Positions 1 to 18,959 of a stretch of 64,000 nucleotides of DNA are shown piece by piece. Location: NCBI RefSeq assembly GCF_009914755.1, contig NC_060941.1; one strand, 5' to 3'. The first letter of the stretch is position 1. The number at the start of each line of letters is the position of its first letter. The stretch comes from the human T2T-CHM13v2.0 reference genome, Homo sapiens. The position numbers and the translations under genes are program-made. The notes beneath the pieces are model-generated. The model worked only from the letters and a program-made list of their open reading frames with translations, searched no databases and was not told where the DNA came from.

Positions 1-1093
1 ATCTGTGAGGGGCTCTCTCATGATAGAAGGCTATGGGGATAGATGTGTGGACACATTGGACCTTTCCTGAGGAAGAGGGACTGTTCTTTTGTCCCAGAAA
101 AGCAGTGGCTCCATTGGTGTTGACATACATCCAACATTAAAAGCCACCCCCAAATGCCCAAGAAAAAAAGAAAGACTTATCAACATTTGTTCCATGAGCA
201 GAAAACTGGAGCTCTGGCCTCAGTGTTACAGCTAAATAATCTTTAATTAAGGCAAGTCACTTTCTTCTTCTTAAAGCTGTTTTCTAGTTTGAGAAATGAT
301 GGGATTTTAGCAGCCAGTCTTGAAGGTCTCTTTCAGTATCAACATTCTAAGATGCTGGGACTTACTGTGTCATCAAATGTGCGGTTAAGATTCTCTGGGA
401 TATTGATACTGTTTGTGTTTTTAGTTGGGAGATCTGAGAGACCTGGCTTTGGCAAGAGCAGATGTCATTCCATATCACCTTTCTCAATGAAAGTCTCATT
501 CTATCCTCTCTCCAAACCCGTTTTCCAACATTTGTTAATAGTTACGTCTCTCCTGATGTAGCACTTAAGCTTCATTTAGTTATTATTTCTTTCTTCACTT
601 TGCACACATTTGCATCCACATATTAGGGAAGAGGAATCCATAAGTAGCTGAAATATCTATTCTGTATTATTGTGTTAACATTGAGAATAAGCCTTGGAAT
701 TAGATATGGGGCAATGACTGAGCCCTGTCTCACCCATGGATTACTCCTTACTGTAGGGAATGGCAGTATGGTAGAGGGATAAATAGGGGGCGGGGAGGGA
801 TAGTCATGGATCCAAGAAGTCCTTAGAAATAGTGGCAGGGAACAGGTGTGGAAGCTCATGCCTGTAATTATAACCTTCAGCTACTAAGACAGGTGTGGTG
901 GCTCACGCCTGTGATTATAATCTTCAGTTACTAAGACAGAGTCCATGAGAGTGTTAATGGGACATTTTCTTTAGATAAGATGTTTTATATGAAGAAACTG
1001 TATCAAAGGGGGAAGAAAATGTATTTAACAGGTGAATCAAATCAGGAATCTTGTCTGAGCTACTGGAATGAAGTTCACAGGTCTTGAAGACCA
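1..1093 (+). other. ITGB3: Distal 3' UTR of integrin beta-3 mRNA
   Basis: Unique non-coding sequence recognised from memory as the ITGB3 3' UTR (ending ...ggtcttgaagacca). This fits ITGB3 lying immediately upstream of EFCAB13. The true 3' end is uncertain because there is no AATAAA near 1093. Confidence 0.75.
842..935 (+). repeat. 47-bp tandem duplication of an Alu-5'-like fragment
   Basis: acaggtgtggaagctcatgcctgtaattataaccttcagctactaag (842-888) and acaggtgtggtggctcacgcctgtgattataatcttcagttactaag (889-935). Confidence 0.85.
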
Positions 1094-1337
1094 ATATTAT
1101 TTGTCAATATGTGGGGATAACCTGTAGCTGCATTCATGAGGTAGCAAATAGCAGTTTTGGCCTGTGGGGTGAACAGCTAAACAGTGTTCTGGCATCAGAT
1201 AACACGGCACAAAGGGATTGTGTCTAGCTCTTTTGGAGAAAATTTATGTCCAGTCTCAGGATCTGTGGACAATAACGGAAAACTTTGAATATTCCTGACA
1301 AGTTGCCATATTAGGAGTCAGTTCTTTACTTCTCTGA

Positions 1338-2031
<694 letters not shown>

Positions 2032-2304
2032 TTGGTTGAAATTTCTTAAGTGCCTTCCTCACTTCCTAACCACCTTCTCTGTTTGGGTTTGTGCAACAGT
2101 AAATTAAATGTACTTTCCAAAAAGAATTGGCCTAAGGCTGCTCAGTGCTTCCTGTGTTGTTATTTCTGTTTCCTTTGGATGAAAAGAATAGGTGTCATTG
2201 ACTCAGAAATGATTATTTTAGAACAAGCATGTTTCCAAATGTAACAGAATGATGACTACTATGGGTACTGAAGCTAGCTTCAGAATCCAGAGCTTCTCTT
2301 TAGA

Positions 2305-2779
<475 letters not shown>

Positions 2780-2999
2780 TCTTTAGACTTAATATTTTTT
2801 AAATGAGTAGGTTATTACTGCTCTAAGAGTTTGCGGTTTTTTTTTTTAATTGGGTATTATTTAGGAACTTGTGCAACCTCAAAAGAACAGACTGCCAGTG
2901 TAGCCTAGATTTTGTTTGTAGGAAGCATAAATGGATAAAATAATAGCTTAATGGCAAATTATTTACAGGACCATTTAAATGCCTAAATTTTATTTAAGG

Positions 3000-3186
3000 C
3001 AGTGGGTGTCAAAGTGTGGTCCCAAGACCAGCAACATCAATATCAGCTGGAAACTTGTTAGAAATGAAAATTGACAGGCCCCACCCCACAGCTGCTGAAT
3101 CAGAAAATCTGGGAGTGGGGACCCATGATCTGTTTTAAGAAGCCTCCCTGGTGATTCTAATTCATGCTCAAGTTTAAGAACAACTG
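3000..3186. mobile_element. MER5A-like hAT DNA transposon fossil
   Basis: cagtgggtgtcaaagtgtggtccc...gaatcagaa...aagaacaactg, about 190 bp, resembles the MER5A consensus. Confidence 0.7.
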
Positions 3187-3669
3187 ATTTAAGGAGTCAC
3201 ATATTTAGCCTTCTTGCCTAGAAAGAACTTTATAGTAAGGCAGCTTAGTTACTATATACAGTTAATAGCAAACCTTGCCTGACATACTCAGAAGATGAAA
3301 TATCCACCCACACAAAATGAAAATCTACTTTGACCTATTTTCCAGGTTAAATGATCTTGGGTATCTTGCTTTCACTCATGACCACAAATTCCCATGAAAA
3401 ACTGGAAGAATAGAATCCTGGGGAAAAACTAACAGGATACTTTTTATGTGTACTAAGACACAAGCAAGGAAATATTCTTACAGAATTTATTCACAGGAGA
3501 TAGGATCAAAATCTTAATTATTAACATTATCATCCTATAGGATGCTAGAATAATACTTAGAATTTTTTACTTTACAGCCAAAAGGCTGTTTAAAATTTAT
3601 TGAACACCAACAGTGTGGGACTGAAGTACCTTACAGAACACTGATAACATAATCTTTGTCTTTAAGTCC

Positions 3670-3962
3670 TTTTTTTTTTTTTCAGACGGGATCTCATTTT
3701 GTTGCCAGAATGCAGTGGCATCATCATGGCCACTGCAGCCTTGACCTCCCAAGCTCAAGGGATTCTCCTGCCTTGGCCTTCCAAAGCGTTGGGACTACAG
3801 ACACATGCCACCATACTCGGCTAATTAAATACATATTTTTTTGTAGAGATGAGGTCTCACTATATTGCCCCGGCTGGTCTCAAACTCCTGGGCTCAAGCA
3901 ATCCTTCCACCTTTACCTCCTAAAGTACTGGAATTACAAGTGTGAGCTACGGTGCCTGGCCT
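3670..3962 (-). mobile_element. AluJ
   Basis: Diverged antisense Alu with gggctcaagcaatcc J-type motifs. Confidence 0.85.
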
Positions 3963-5471
3963 GAGTCTTAAATTCCTAACATAATGTACATTTTTTGAGC
4001 ATAATACAATACATGACATCATTAAGAGATTACGTGAACATAGACTGAGACCTTTTATGGTGAAATCTTGTGAGATTCACTATGTTTTATTTACGTCTTG
4101 GTAACTGCTGACTAAATGTCTGGATGAAAATAGAGGATCTTATGTAAAATGAGATGAAAAGCTATATGTCAAGCCACATTTGTAATCCTTTAACGCTTGG
4201 CTTCGGTAGTCCAAACTCTACAGTAACAGAGCCATCTAATGGCCACTGGGACCAATTACAAGCAGATTGCCTGGGAATTACTCAGTTTTCACAGTATAAT
4301 GGAACCATAACGTATGCTCTGCAAATAAGCCATTTAAAAATCATTTCTAATTGGTTTTATAATACAATATATTTATGGAAGTATATATTCCTAATTTGTT
4401 TTAGTTTGGTTAAAACATGCAAAGAGGCAGTCTTAGAAGCTTGTGATTAGGGTTAAGTATATCATTACATAAAAATTTAAAAATCCACTTAATGTGGCTA
4501 CCTAAGAATGGTTTGTATGTGAAAAGAAAATGAAGAGGTCAGGAACATGACTGCCTTCCTTGAGGCTGCTAATGTTATAATGAAGCCCCTCCAACTCCTT
4601 GCATAAAGGAAACACTTTCATCGGCTGTATATTTTCTGACACATCAAAGATTGCTCACAGAAAGCACCATTTAGAAAATTCAGGAGCCTTTAAACAAAAT
4701 GTCCATTTTAAATTATTCTTTAGCAGTGTCCCCAATAAGAACTTGTAAGGAAAAAGTTTCACAATTGATTTCATTTTAGTATAGTAATTGGATTTTCCAG
4801 TGACTCATACAGAATTGGCTTGATTCTTTGGAGAGATCACAGTGATGATGTGTAAATATCGCTTTGGTGGCCAATGGAAATACTTCGTTAAGAAATTGGA
4901 AAAAAATGTTGATGGGTGTGTGCTGGACTTTGCCTTTCCTGACCCTTACACTCACCATTGTGACAGAGATTGCTGATTGTGCCCAGTATGTTTTCTCCTC
5001 CTCACATAATATTAGAACTTCTGCTGTTTAGTTGGGCACATGGTTGCCCAGAATAAATATTCTTTTATTACTAATAAGCAAATTTAGTAAAGTTGCTAGA
5101 TACAAAGAGCATGCAAAAATCTTGTAGCTACATGTGCCATGTCCATCTCATAGACAATGAGATGTAAATGAAAGAGGTGTATGCAACTTCCAGTAAATGC
5201 TGTTTAAGGGAAGGAACATACTTTTCTCCATTTCCTTCATCTTGCAGGCGGGAATGCAGAGTTAATACCTAGAAGTTAAGTAGCCCTCATAGCTCAATAT
5301 GTGACCTTGGGGATTGTATTATTTTATTTATTTTTAAAATTTTTTTAAGGAGGTAAGGTCTTGCTTTGTTGCCCAGGTTGGACTCGAACTCCTGGGTTCA
5401 AGCAATCCTCCCACCTCAACCTCCCCACGTAGCTGGGACTACAGGTGCATGCCACCGCACCCAGTGGGGAT

Positions 5472-6756
<1,285 letters not shown>

Positions 6757-7571
6757 AATATCAAAGTGTTTGTGGACATATTTTAAGACTACCTCAGGCA
6801 ACCCTCTGGTCACAAATTATTTATAGTTCTCCCACATGCAAAATAAACTTACCCCTTCTAAGGCCCCAAAGTCTTATCCCATTATAGCATCAATTCAAAG
6901 TTCAGAATCTTATCCTCTACGTAAGTCCAGGGAAGATGAGACTTCTTGGGTGTAATTCCTTAAATACAGCTACTCAAGTACATGCTTTTCAATCTGAAGT
7001 TCTGCGAACAAAAAGAAAAAGGTCATATGCTCCTTTCCCCACAGCAACCAATGTAAAACAGCAGGGGCAGGGAGATAACTGCTATAGACACTCCTGTTCC
7101 AGCAGGTGGAAACCAAGGTGCACAGAAGTCACTGGTTCATAGCAATTCTGAAATCCATTTGAGTACAGGTTTGCAGTTCTACACTCAAAGCCTGGGAATA
7201 ACTCCCTATGGCTTTTGGTTCCACCTTCTGGGCTCTTGGTTTTATCCTCTAAGTCATCCTTTTTTGTGTGAAAGGGAGATGTGTTTGGACCTAAATAGTT
7301 TTCTTAGCCTGCTTCCTGTTTGTAGAAATGCGTTTGTAGAAAGGGTCCAAAGGCCCCTTTCCTTTTTGTACTCTTTTTCAGCTCAAGCTGACAGTATTTC
7401 TGACAATACAATTCTCTTAAAACAATTTTTGAATCTACTGTGAATCTTACTGGGTTTTAGTCCAGGAGACAAAAGCCATGGCAGCAAATACCTTTGAGAT
7501 ATGTCTTTTTCTACCTTGGGCTTCTGCTGAAGGACAAAGACCTTAAGTTTCTTAGAAGCCCTATTGTTTGA

Positions 7572-7895
<324 letters not shown>

Positions 7896-8104
7896 ACTCT
7901 TAAAATCTTTAGAGAGTCTTTGCCTGATTGAACAGTACTCCGAGGTACCATCCTTAAACACAACAGGCGTGGGGAGTGGGAAAGCGGGTGATGGAGGGTG
8001 GATTGAGGGGTATTTACAAAAATAAAAGACATGGTCTCAGCACTCAGATATTTCAGAATCTTTGGGGAGATAAACTATATACATTTAAAAAGCACTAAAG
8101 AATT

Positions 8105-11515
<3,411 letters not shown>

Positions 11516-11939
11516 AGAATGCCTACAAAGCAAGGTTTAAGATGTAAATGAACACAGTAGTATCACGGAAGGGATTAAATATTGTAACATTTATTGAGCA
11601 CTACGTATATATTTTTGAATTCCCACAACCCTGGAAGAATGAGAAAATCGAGACTCAGGGAGCGTTAAGTATTTTGCCCAACTGCATACGATAAATACAT
11701 AGGAAAAACAAACACACAGAAGAAAACCAAACCAACCAAAGTATCTCTTTCAAAAGGAAACGACAGTCTCCTTAAAGGCAACCCGAGACAAATTTCAGCA
11801 AAGCCGTGGGACACATGGCCTTCGAGCTGCTGTCCATTATTGAGTAGCAGAAGCCAAGAAGGATGGAATGTTTTGGAAGAAAGGGGTCGGGGGTCGGGGT
11901 GTTCAAAGGACGGACCGAAGATAAGATTGAAGTGGGGTC

Positions 11940-12480
11940 AGACCATGGCGGGACAGCGCACCGGAGAATGAACAGCGATTAGGGAAGAGTGGCGAGCGGG
12001 TGGCAAGGACGGAGGGCGGAATCCCGGCCGGGGCTGCGGGAGGAAAGCGCACGGACAGGAGCCCCACCGCTCGAATGCAGCGCCCGGCGGCTGGCCTCGT
12101 GAGGTCACAGGCCCTTACGAGGTGGGGCAGGCAGGCGCGGCCGCAGTGCCTTCCAGTCAGCGCGGAGGCGGTATTGAGTTCAGCCGCTCCCCACAGCCCC
12201 GGAGCCCCTGGGCGGTGGCGGTGGCCGCGGCAGCACCGGCTCGACAGCCGATAGGGTCCTGGGCCCGCTCCGCTCGGGGTGGTCGGTGGGCGGAGCGTCG
12301 GGCTCGGTCAGGTGACCGCGGGGGCGGGGCCGCGCGGCGCGGGATCCTGGGAAGGCTGCAGAGCTAGAGCAGCGCCGCCCGAGGGGCGGCAGGGGCTGAC
12401 CACAGAGAGCGCGGGGGCCTCCAGCCGAGAGGAAGGGAGGGCAGCTCGGGCCGGTAGTGGGACCCTTGGGGGACAGAGGT
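11940..12480. promoter_or_regulatory. CpG-island promoter of EFCAB13, probably bidirectional
   Basis: The most CpG- and GC-rich unique stretch in the window; GC box ggggcggggc at 12321-12330; candidate first-exon donor CAG|GTGACC after 12311. Confidence 0.85.
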
Positions 12481-12832
12481 GGGGAGGGGAGGCGAGACCC
12501 GCTGAGGAGTTGGGAGGGGAGCCTTCGAGGTGGAGGGTGGAGAATGCAGTAGGGTGCGAGGGAGGAAGGAGAACAGTGGTGGGGCTGGGTGAAGGAAGGT
12601 TCCAGAAAGGAACAGTGAGGGGACTGAGTGGGACAAAGGGGCAGATTGAAGGGTGACTGAGACTGATCAGGTGGTTCCTCAGAAATGGTGGTTGTTGTAG
12701 AAGGCTGGCGGTCCCGGGGGTGGGGTCACTTCCCTGCTCCTTCAGCGGGAGGCGGAGACCTCTATTAGCGCACTCATTTCCATCTTGCGGGTCGTTCACT
12801 CGCTAGCTTACAGGTCCTCTTTCTTCCTGTAG

Positions 12833-12902
12833 AAGTCGTTGGCTTCGTAAGAGCAGGGTCTATGGGAAGCCTCCTCAGCGTGGGTTCTTGGAAGAGGTGG
12901 AG
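12833..12902 (+). other. EFCAB13: Putative non-coding 5' UTR exon
   Basis: Acceptor ctctttcttcctgtag and donor GAG|GTTCGT; supported by splice signals only. Confidence 0.45.
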
Positions 12903-13212
12903 GTTCGTTCACTCGACGTTTGTTACACAAATATGAAAACAGGGTGACGAAAGTTTGAACGTTCATGAATGGCAGTAGCTGCAATGGAGTTGTGTATGCA
13001 GTTGGTATTAATGACGTTTTCAGTCCCTCTGGCGAGAGAAAAGCGAGCGAGTCGGGCGGCTTGTGAGGGAAATGTGGCATGAGAGGAAAGAGGAAGGTAT
13101 TTTGTGAAAGGATGTCATACAGAGTCATGCTTCAGTGAAGACGCCTTTGTTTTTCTCATCTTAAAGCCTCACAGCCCCATTTTCCTCTCAGCTACTGCCT
13201 TATTTCTCTTAA

Positions 13213-13674
<462 letters not shown>

Positions 13675-14564
13675 CCTTTTTTTTTTTGAGACAAGGTCTC
13701 TGTCGTCCAGGCTGGAGTGCAGTGGTGCAATCATAGCCCACTGCAGCTTCAAACTCCTGGGCTCAAAAGATCCTCCTGGCTCAGTCTTTGGAGTAGCTGG
13801 GACTAAGGTCGCCATGTCCAGCTGATTAAAAAAAAAATTCTGTAGAGGTGGGAGTTTCACTGTTGCCCAGGCTGGTCTTGAACTCCTGGCCTTAAGCAGC
13901 CCTCCTGCTTAGACCCCCACCCCCGCATCAAAGTGTTGGGATTACCTGCATAAGCCACCATGCACAGCCTGATTGCTCACTCTTGAAGTACTTTCTTCAC
14001 TTGGCATTCAGGAACCCAGACCTACCTGATTTCCCTCCTCACAGTAACCAGAGTGATCCTTTCAGAAAGAACTTCAGATTATGTAATCCTTCTCCTCAGA
14101 ACTCTTTCAATGCTTGTCACTCCTTCAGAGTACAAGCCACAGTTCTTACTGTCATCTAGGGGTCCTCCATGATATGCCACTTTCACTTAGCCTCTCTGAT
14201 CTCTCCTGCTTCAGCCTCCTGGGGCCTTCCCACTATTCCTTGAACATTCTTCTTGCCTCGGGGCTTTTGTACTTACTTTTCTTTCTGGCTGAAATGCTCT
14301 TCCCTAAGATATTAATCAGCTCCCTACTTCAGTTCCTGCAGGTCTGTACTCAAAAGTCTCCCTCTCAGTAAGGTCTTCCTTGGCCACCCATTCTGTTCCC
14401 TGCATCTCTTCCCCTATACTACATTTCATATTCCCCTCCCTGCTTTACTTTTTTTTTTGTACTTATTGCAGATAACATACAATATGTTTTATTTTTCTAT
14501 TTTATTATTTCACTCCCTGACTAGAACATAAGCTTCATGAGGGCAGATTTTATATATATATAAA

Positions 14565-14569
<5 letters not shown>

Positions 14570-14616
<47 letters not shown>

Positions 14617-14627
14617 CATATATATAT
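14570..14627. repeat. (TA)n microsatellite within an L2-like fossil
   Basis: Long atatat run. Confidence 0.9.
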
Positions 14628-14878
14628 TTTGTTCATTGGTATATCCCTAGAGCCTAGGAGAGAACCTAGTGCACACTAAGCATGCAGACATATACGTTGA
14701 ATTCATGGATAGAAAGGTGAATGGATAGATGACTGGAGAAAAGGGATACGACTCCCTCCATTTCTCTTGATTTGTTCCTGCAAGTTCACCGATAGAAGAC
14801 AGGATTGAAATAGTTGAGAAAAATTATATTGTCAGAGTTACAGGGAATAGACTTTCTAAGTTAATTTTTTCTTTTAAG

Positions 14879-15040
14879 TTTGGAGAGGCTTATGCGGTAC
14901 CTGATTCATCCAGCAAATTAAGACCTGCCAACTTTTTGATAATCTCGTCAATAAATTACAGAACAATTGTTCCTTTCAAGATTTATTCAAAACGTGTCAA
15001 CTCTGCTTAATTAAGCACTTTGATGATTTAAGAAATCTTG
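14879..15040 (+). other. EFCAB13: Putative non-coding 5' UTR exon (162 nt)
   Basis: Strong acceptor ttttttcttttaag and strong donor TTG|GTGAGT. Confidence 0.65.
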
Positions 15041-15794
15041 GTGAGTAGCTTAGTAGGAAGGGAATTTGTTCATTCATCCCTCTCTCCCTCTCTTTTCCCC
15101 TCCCTCCATACCATTCCTCCTTTCCTCTACTCTTTCCTTCATTATATATATACCATTGTATTTGATACTGTGAGAAATAATTTTAAGAATGATAAGTTAC
15201 CAGTCCCAGTTCTTTATAAATTTAGGCTATAGTTGGTATAGGAGCTATACATATGAAAAATACAAATACAAGGCAAATGATTAATGTCAGTTAAATAGTG
15301 AAGACAAGAATAGTGAAGGCAGTAAGTGCTATGCACAGTAGTTTAGAGGTAAATATTGAACTGGTTGGAGAAGATCTAGAAGAGATTACGTAGGATGGGT
15401 TACTGGGGAGACCTGCATAGATTTCCAGTATTTTCTGAGATGAGTATTTTCAATGTGGTTCTATTTTATTTTAACATATTTTGAATTCCAGGAATGTTGG
15501 ACATATCACATTGAAAAATAATGACTATAAACATATGTCAGAAATAAATAAAAATGATTTTAAGTACTCTGTCTTCATTAGAATATTAATACTTGCAGTT
15601 AAACTTTACAAGAAAAAGACTGATGATTATAACTAGCAATGTAATATAATGTAATATAGCTAGCACTGTGATAAATAGCTCATAAAATGTAACTCAGATG
15701 TGAGTTGAAAATATGAAAATTTGAGGAATTTCTAAGTGTTGGTTATCACATTTGCATAATGTGAAAGTCTTGAGTTTGAAGTGAGGCTACACCA

Positions 15795-16407
15795 TCTTTT
15801 CTTTCTTTATTTTGTTTTGTTTTCTTTTGTTTTGTTTTTTTTGATACAGAGTCTTGCACCCAGGTTGGAGTGCAGTGGCGTGGTCTTGGCCCACTGCAAC
15901 CTCTGCCTCCTGGGTTCAAGCAGTTCTTTGCCTCAGCCTCCTGAGTAGCTGGGATTATAGGTGCGTGCCACCACACTCGGCTAATTTTTGTATTTTCAGT
16001 AGAGACGGGGTTTCATCATCTTGGCCAGGCTGGTCTTGAACTCCTGACCTCGTGATCCACCTGCCTTGGCCTCTCAAAGTGCTGGGATTACAGATGTGAG
16101 TCACCATACCTGGCCTTTTTTTTTATTTTTGAGACAGTCTCACTGTATATCCCAGGCTGGAGTGCAGTGGTGCGATCTTGGCTCACTGCAATCTCCGCCT
16201 CCCAGATTCAAGCGATTCTGCCTCAGCCTCCTGAGTATCTGGGATTATAGGCGCATGCCACCACGTCCAACTAATTGATTTGTATTTTTAGTAGATACGG
16301 GGTTTCACCATATTGACCAGGATGGTCTCAATCTCTTGACCTCATGATCCGCCCACCTCGGCCTCCCATAGTGCTGGGATTACAGACGTGAACCACTGCG
16401 CCCGGCC
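15795..16407 (-). mobile_element. Two tandem antisense AluS elements
   Basis: Two complete Alu bodies; flanking repeat ctacaccatctttt. Confidence 0.9.
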
Positions 16408-17006
16408 TACACCATCTTTTGTTTGCAGTAACATTGTTTTGAAAGGCAATGTTCTATGGGACTGAAGACCACAGGCTTGGAGTTAAATTGTCTGAATTCA
16501 AATTCTGTCTCTACTATTTGCTGGCTGTGTGATCTTGGGAAACTTGACCTCTTCAAGTCTTTATCATGATATTTAGCACACAGTAAGCATTCAGTAACAT
16601 GAGTGATTACTACTGTCTTAGCAGTTCTGCTTCTCAGGGTTTATTTAAATAAACAGATGTAATTGGATTTCTCAGCTTTGTATGCCATTTGAAACTGGAT
16701 TTCTCAAACCACAAAAGGTAAAGTTAAGGAATTGGATGATCTGTGATTTATAGTCTACTAACTGCTTTTTCTAGTGTTTGCCCACATATCTGTGTTGGTG
16801 AAATGTTGTGTATCATACCCCAAGTCAGTGTTACATTGAAGAGATAACTTCAGGTAGGTAAATATAATTGCTTAAGTGTTCTAAACAAGCGTATGATTTC
16901 TTCTTTCTCTTTTTTTGGCAGGAAATCCTTTTGTACTATTGCTCATTCATACTTGTTCATCAAAGCCTGGAGTCCTTAAGGACAGAATTTACCTCTAAAC
17001 AGAAAG

Positions 17007-17036
17007 ATGGAAACTAAAGTACATTTATTCTGCCAG
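17007..17036 (+). CDS. EFCAB13: EFCAB13 first coding exon (exon starts 16922), METKVHLFCQ
   Basis: Acceptor tctcttttttttggcag, good Kozak context aagATGG, donor CAG|GTATTT, phase 0. Confidence 0.88.
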
Positions 17037-18959
17037 GTATTTATTTAAAACAGTTTCTAAAGATTTCTTCTTTCTTCTTTTTAAAATTAGTTTACATTAC
17101 CTCATATTCATAATCAGTAAGCAAATTCATAGAGTAATAGTTATAAGGAACCTGGCCAAGTAACTGAGATGATGTTTGAGTCATTTTAGTGAACATGTAT
17201 TGAACTCCCATCCCTACAACCCATATAATACTGAGAGATCTTCTGTGGTGTATGATGAGAGTATTTTGGTGGGGTACGGACCTGGATAATTTTTGTGGAG
17301 ATCAAAAGGGTTAAACTTACATGAGAGGTTGTAGATAATGTAATTAATGATGTGAGAGTATAACCAAAAAATAATGTAGAGGACATCAAATTTCTTTAGC
17401 CCTCTTATCTGTACTTCAGAGTTTTATGCCCTTCTGTCTTTTTAGATGCCTCCACCTTTTTTTGCTAGTATTGTGTCAAATAAGACAAGTTTTTTCAAAT
17501 AAAAACAAATCTGGACTTAGTAAGCAGAGACTTTATTCAAAATAATTATTGCAAGAGAAAAAAGGGACTATTGAAATTGGAAGAGGAGGAGGACTATTGC
17601 AATGGAAAGAATGCTGTGACCGTAAGATCTGCAGGTGTCTCAAGGGTTGGGCAGAAGTTTTCTTTTATAGAGAGACGCTGGAAAGAACCAGGTATGGGGA
17701 AATTGGATGAAATAGTAGAATGATTAGATAAGTAGATTGGAGAGTATTTTATCATGAAGTCAGTCTATTATATTCTGATTATCAGTGGGGATAAAACAGC
17801 TAATAATTTATGACGCAAAGAAAGGGAATTTTGAGGGGGTGTGTCTGGCATTGTCATAAGTAAACAAGGGGGGCATTCCAGAGTCTTACCTAAGTCATAT
17901 GGGGAGGAGTGGTTTGCAGTAAGCCATTTTCCAGAACACAAAAGGGTGGGGGGATTCCTTTAACCCTCACTGTTTTCTGGGAGTTTAGGGCTCAAGTGAA
18001 ATTCAGCATTGTCAATTGAGAGTCCTAATCTTTTAAATTTATCCTTGTTAAAGATCTGACGCTACTGTGTAAAACATGTACCTATACTATAGTCTGAAAA
18101 ATAATCTCAGAGACTCTTGAAAAGTGCTGAGATATGTACTTTATATCATATATATACACATATATACATTTAAAATTTACCTTTTTATACCTACTACTTT
18201 GTTGATTTTGCCCTTATAAACTGATTTTGAAGATGAATTCTTAAAAATTAATATTAAAGTATCATACCGGTTTGTTTTCCTTAGACTGTATAATTTATAC
18301 TTCACAGATGGCTCACCTTTTACTACAATGTTTCTGAGATTGTTTTCTTCTTCTGTGTCAAAAGCTTCTACTCTTTGTTTTCATTCACTTGGCCTTTGGT
18401 AACAGGTTTTTCTGTCTTTTTAGATTTCCTACCCCTTTTCCCCCTCAGCTTTCTATTTTGGGTCATTTTTTTCAATCTCTTTAGGAATCCTTTCATCATT
18501 TGTAATACACATCTCATCAAGGCAGCAAATCAAATTGCCTTTTTGAAACAACTTAAAGGTATGCCTTTGTTATAAGACAAATGATGCAGATTCTAAAAGT
18601 CACTGAAATAGTTCTGTTAATTTCCATCCTGTGGAAACAGAGATTCTCTCTAAACTTCCTTGGTAATCTTTATAAATTGTCTGTGTAATCTTCATGGTCA
18701 CCTTTGGGTTCAAAGACTCAGGACTAATGCACCTTTGATCGACTGGATGCCGCCAGTTGTCTTAAGCAAACAGCCAGATTTCAGGAGAGAATATTTCCAA
18801 CTGCATTCTTCTATTTCTAAACGTTTATTGTCACTAAACTCTATTTCTTTTTGGGGGGGTGGGGAGTGGTGTCTATTTAGAAGCAATATAGCTTCTTTTT
18901 TTTTAAATATAGGCTTTGTTTTTTGTTATTTTATTTTTTGTAGAGAAAGATATTTATTT

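Noticed and set aside
12000-12799. Overlapping 80-160 aa GC-rich ORFs on both strands
   Set aside because: Expected from stop-codon scarcity in a CpG island; low-complexity, with no recognisable domain.
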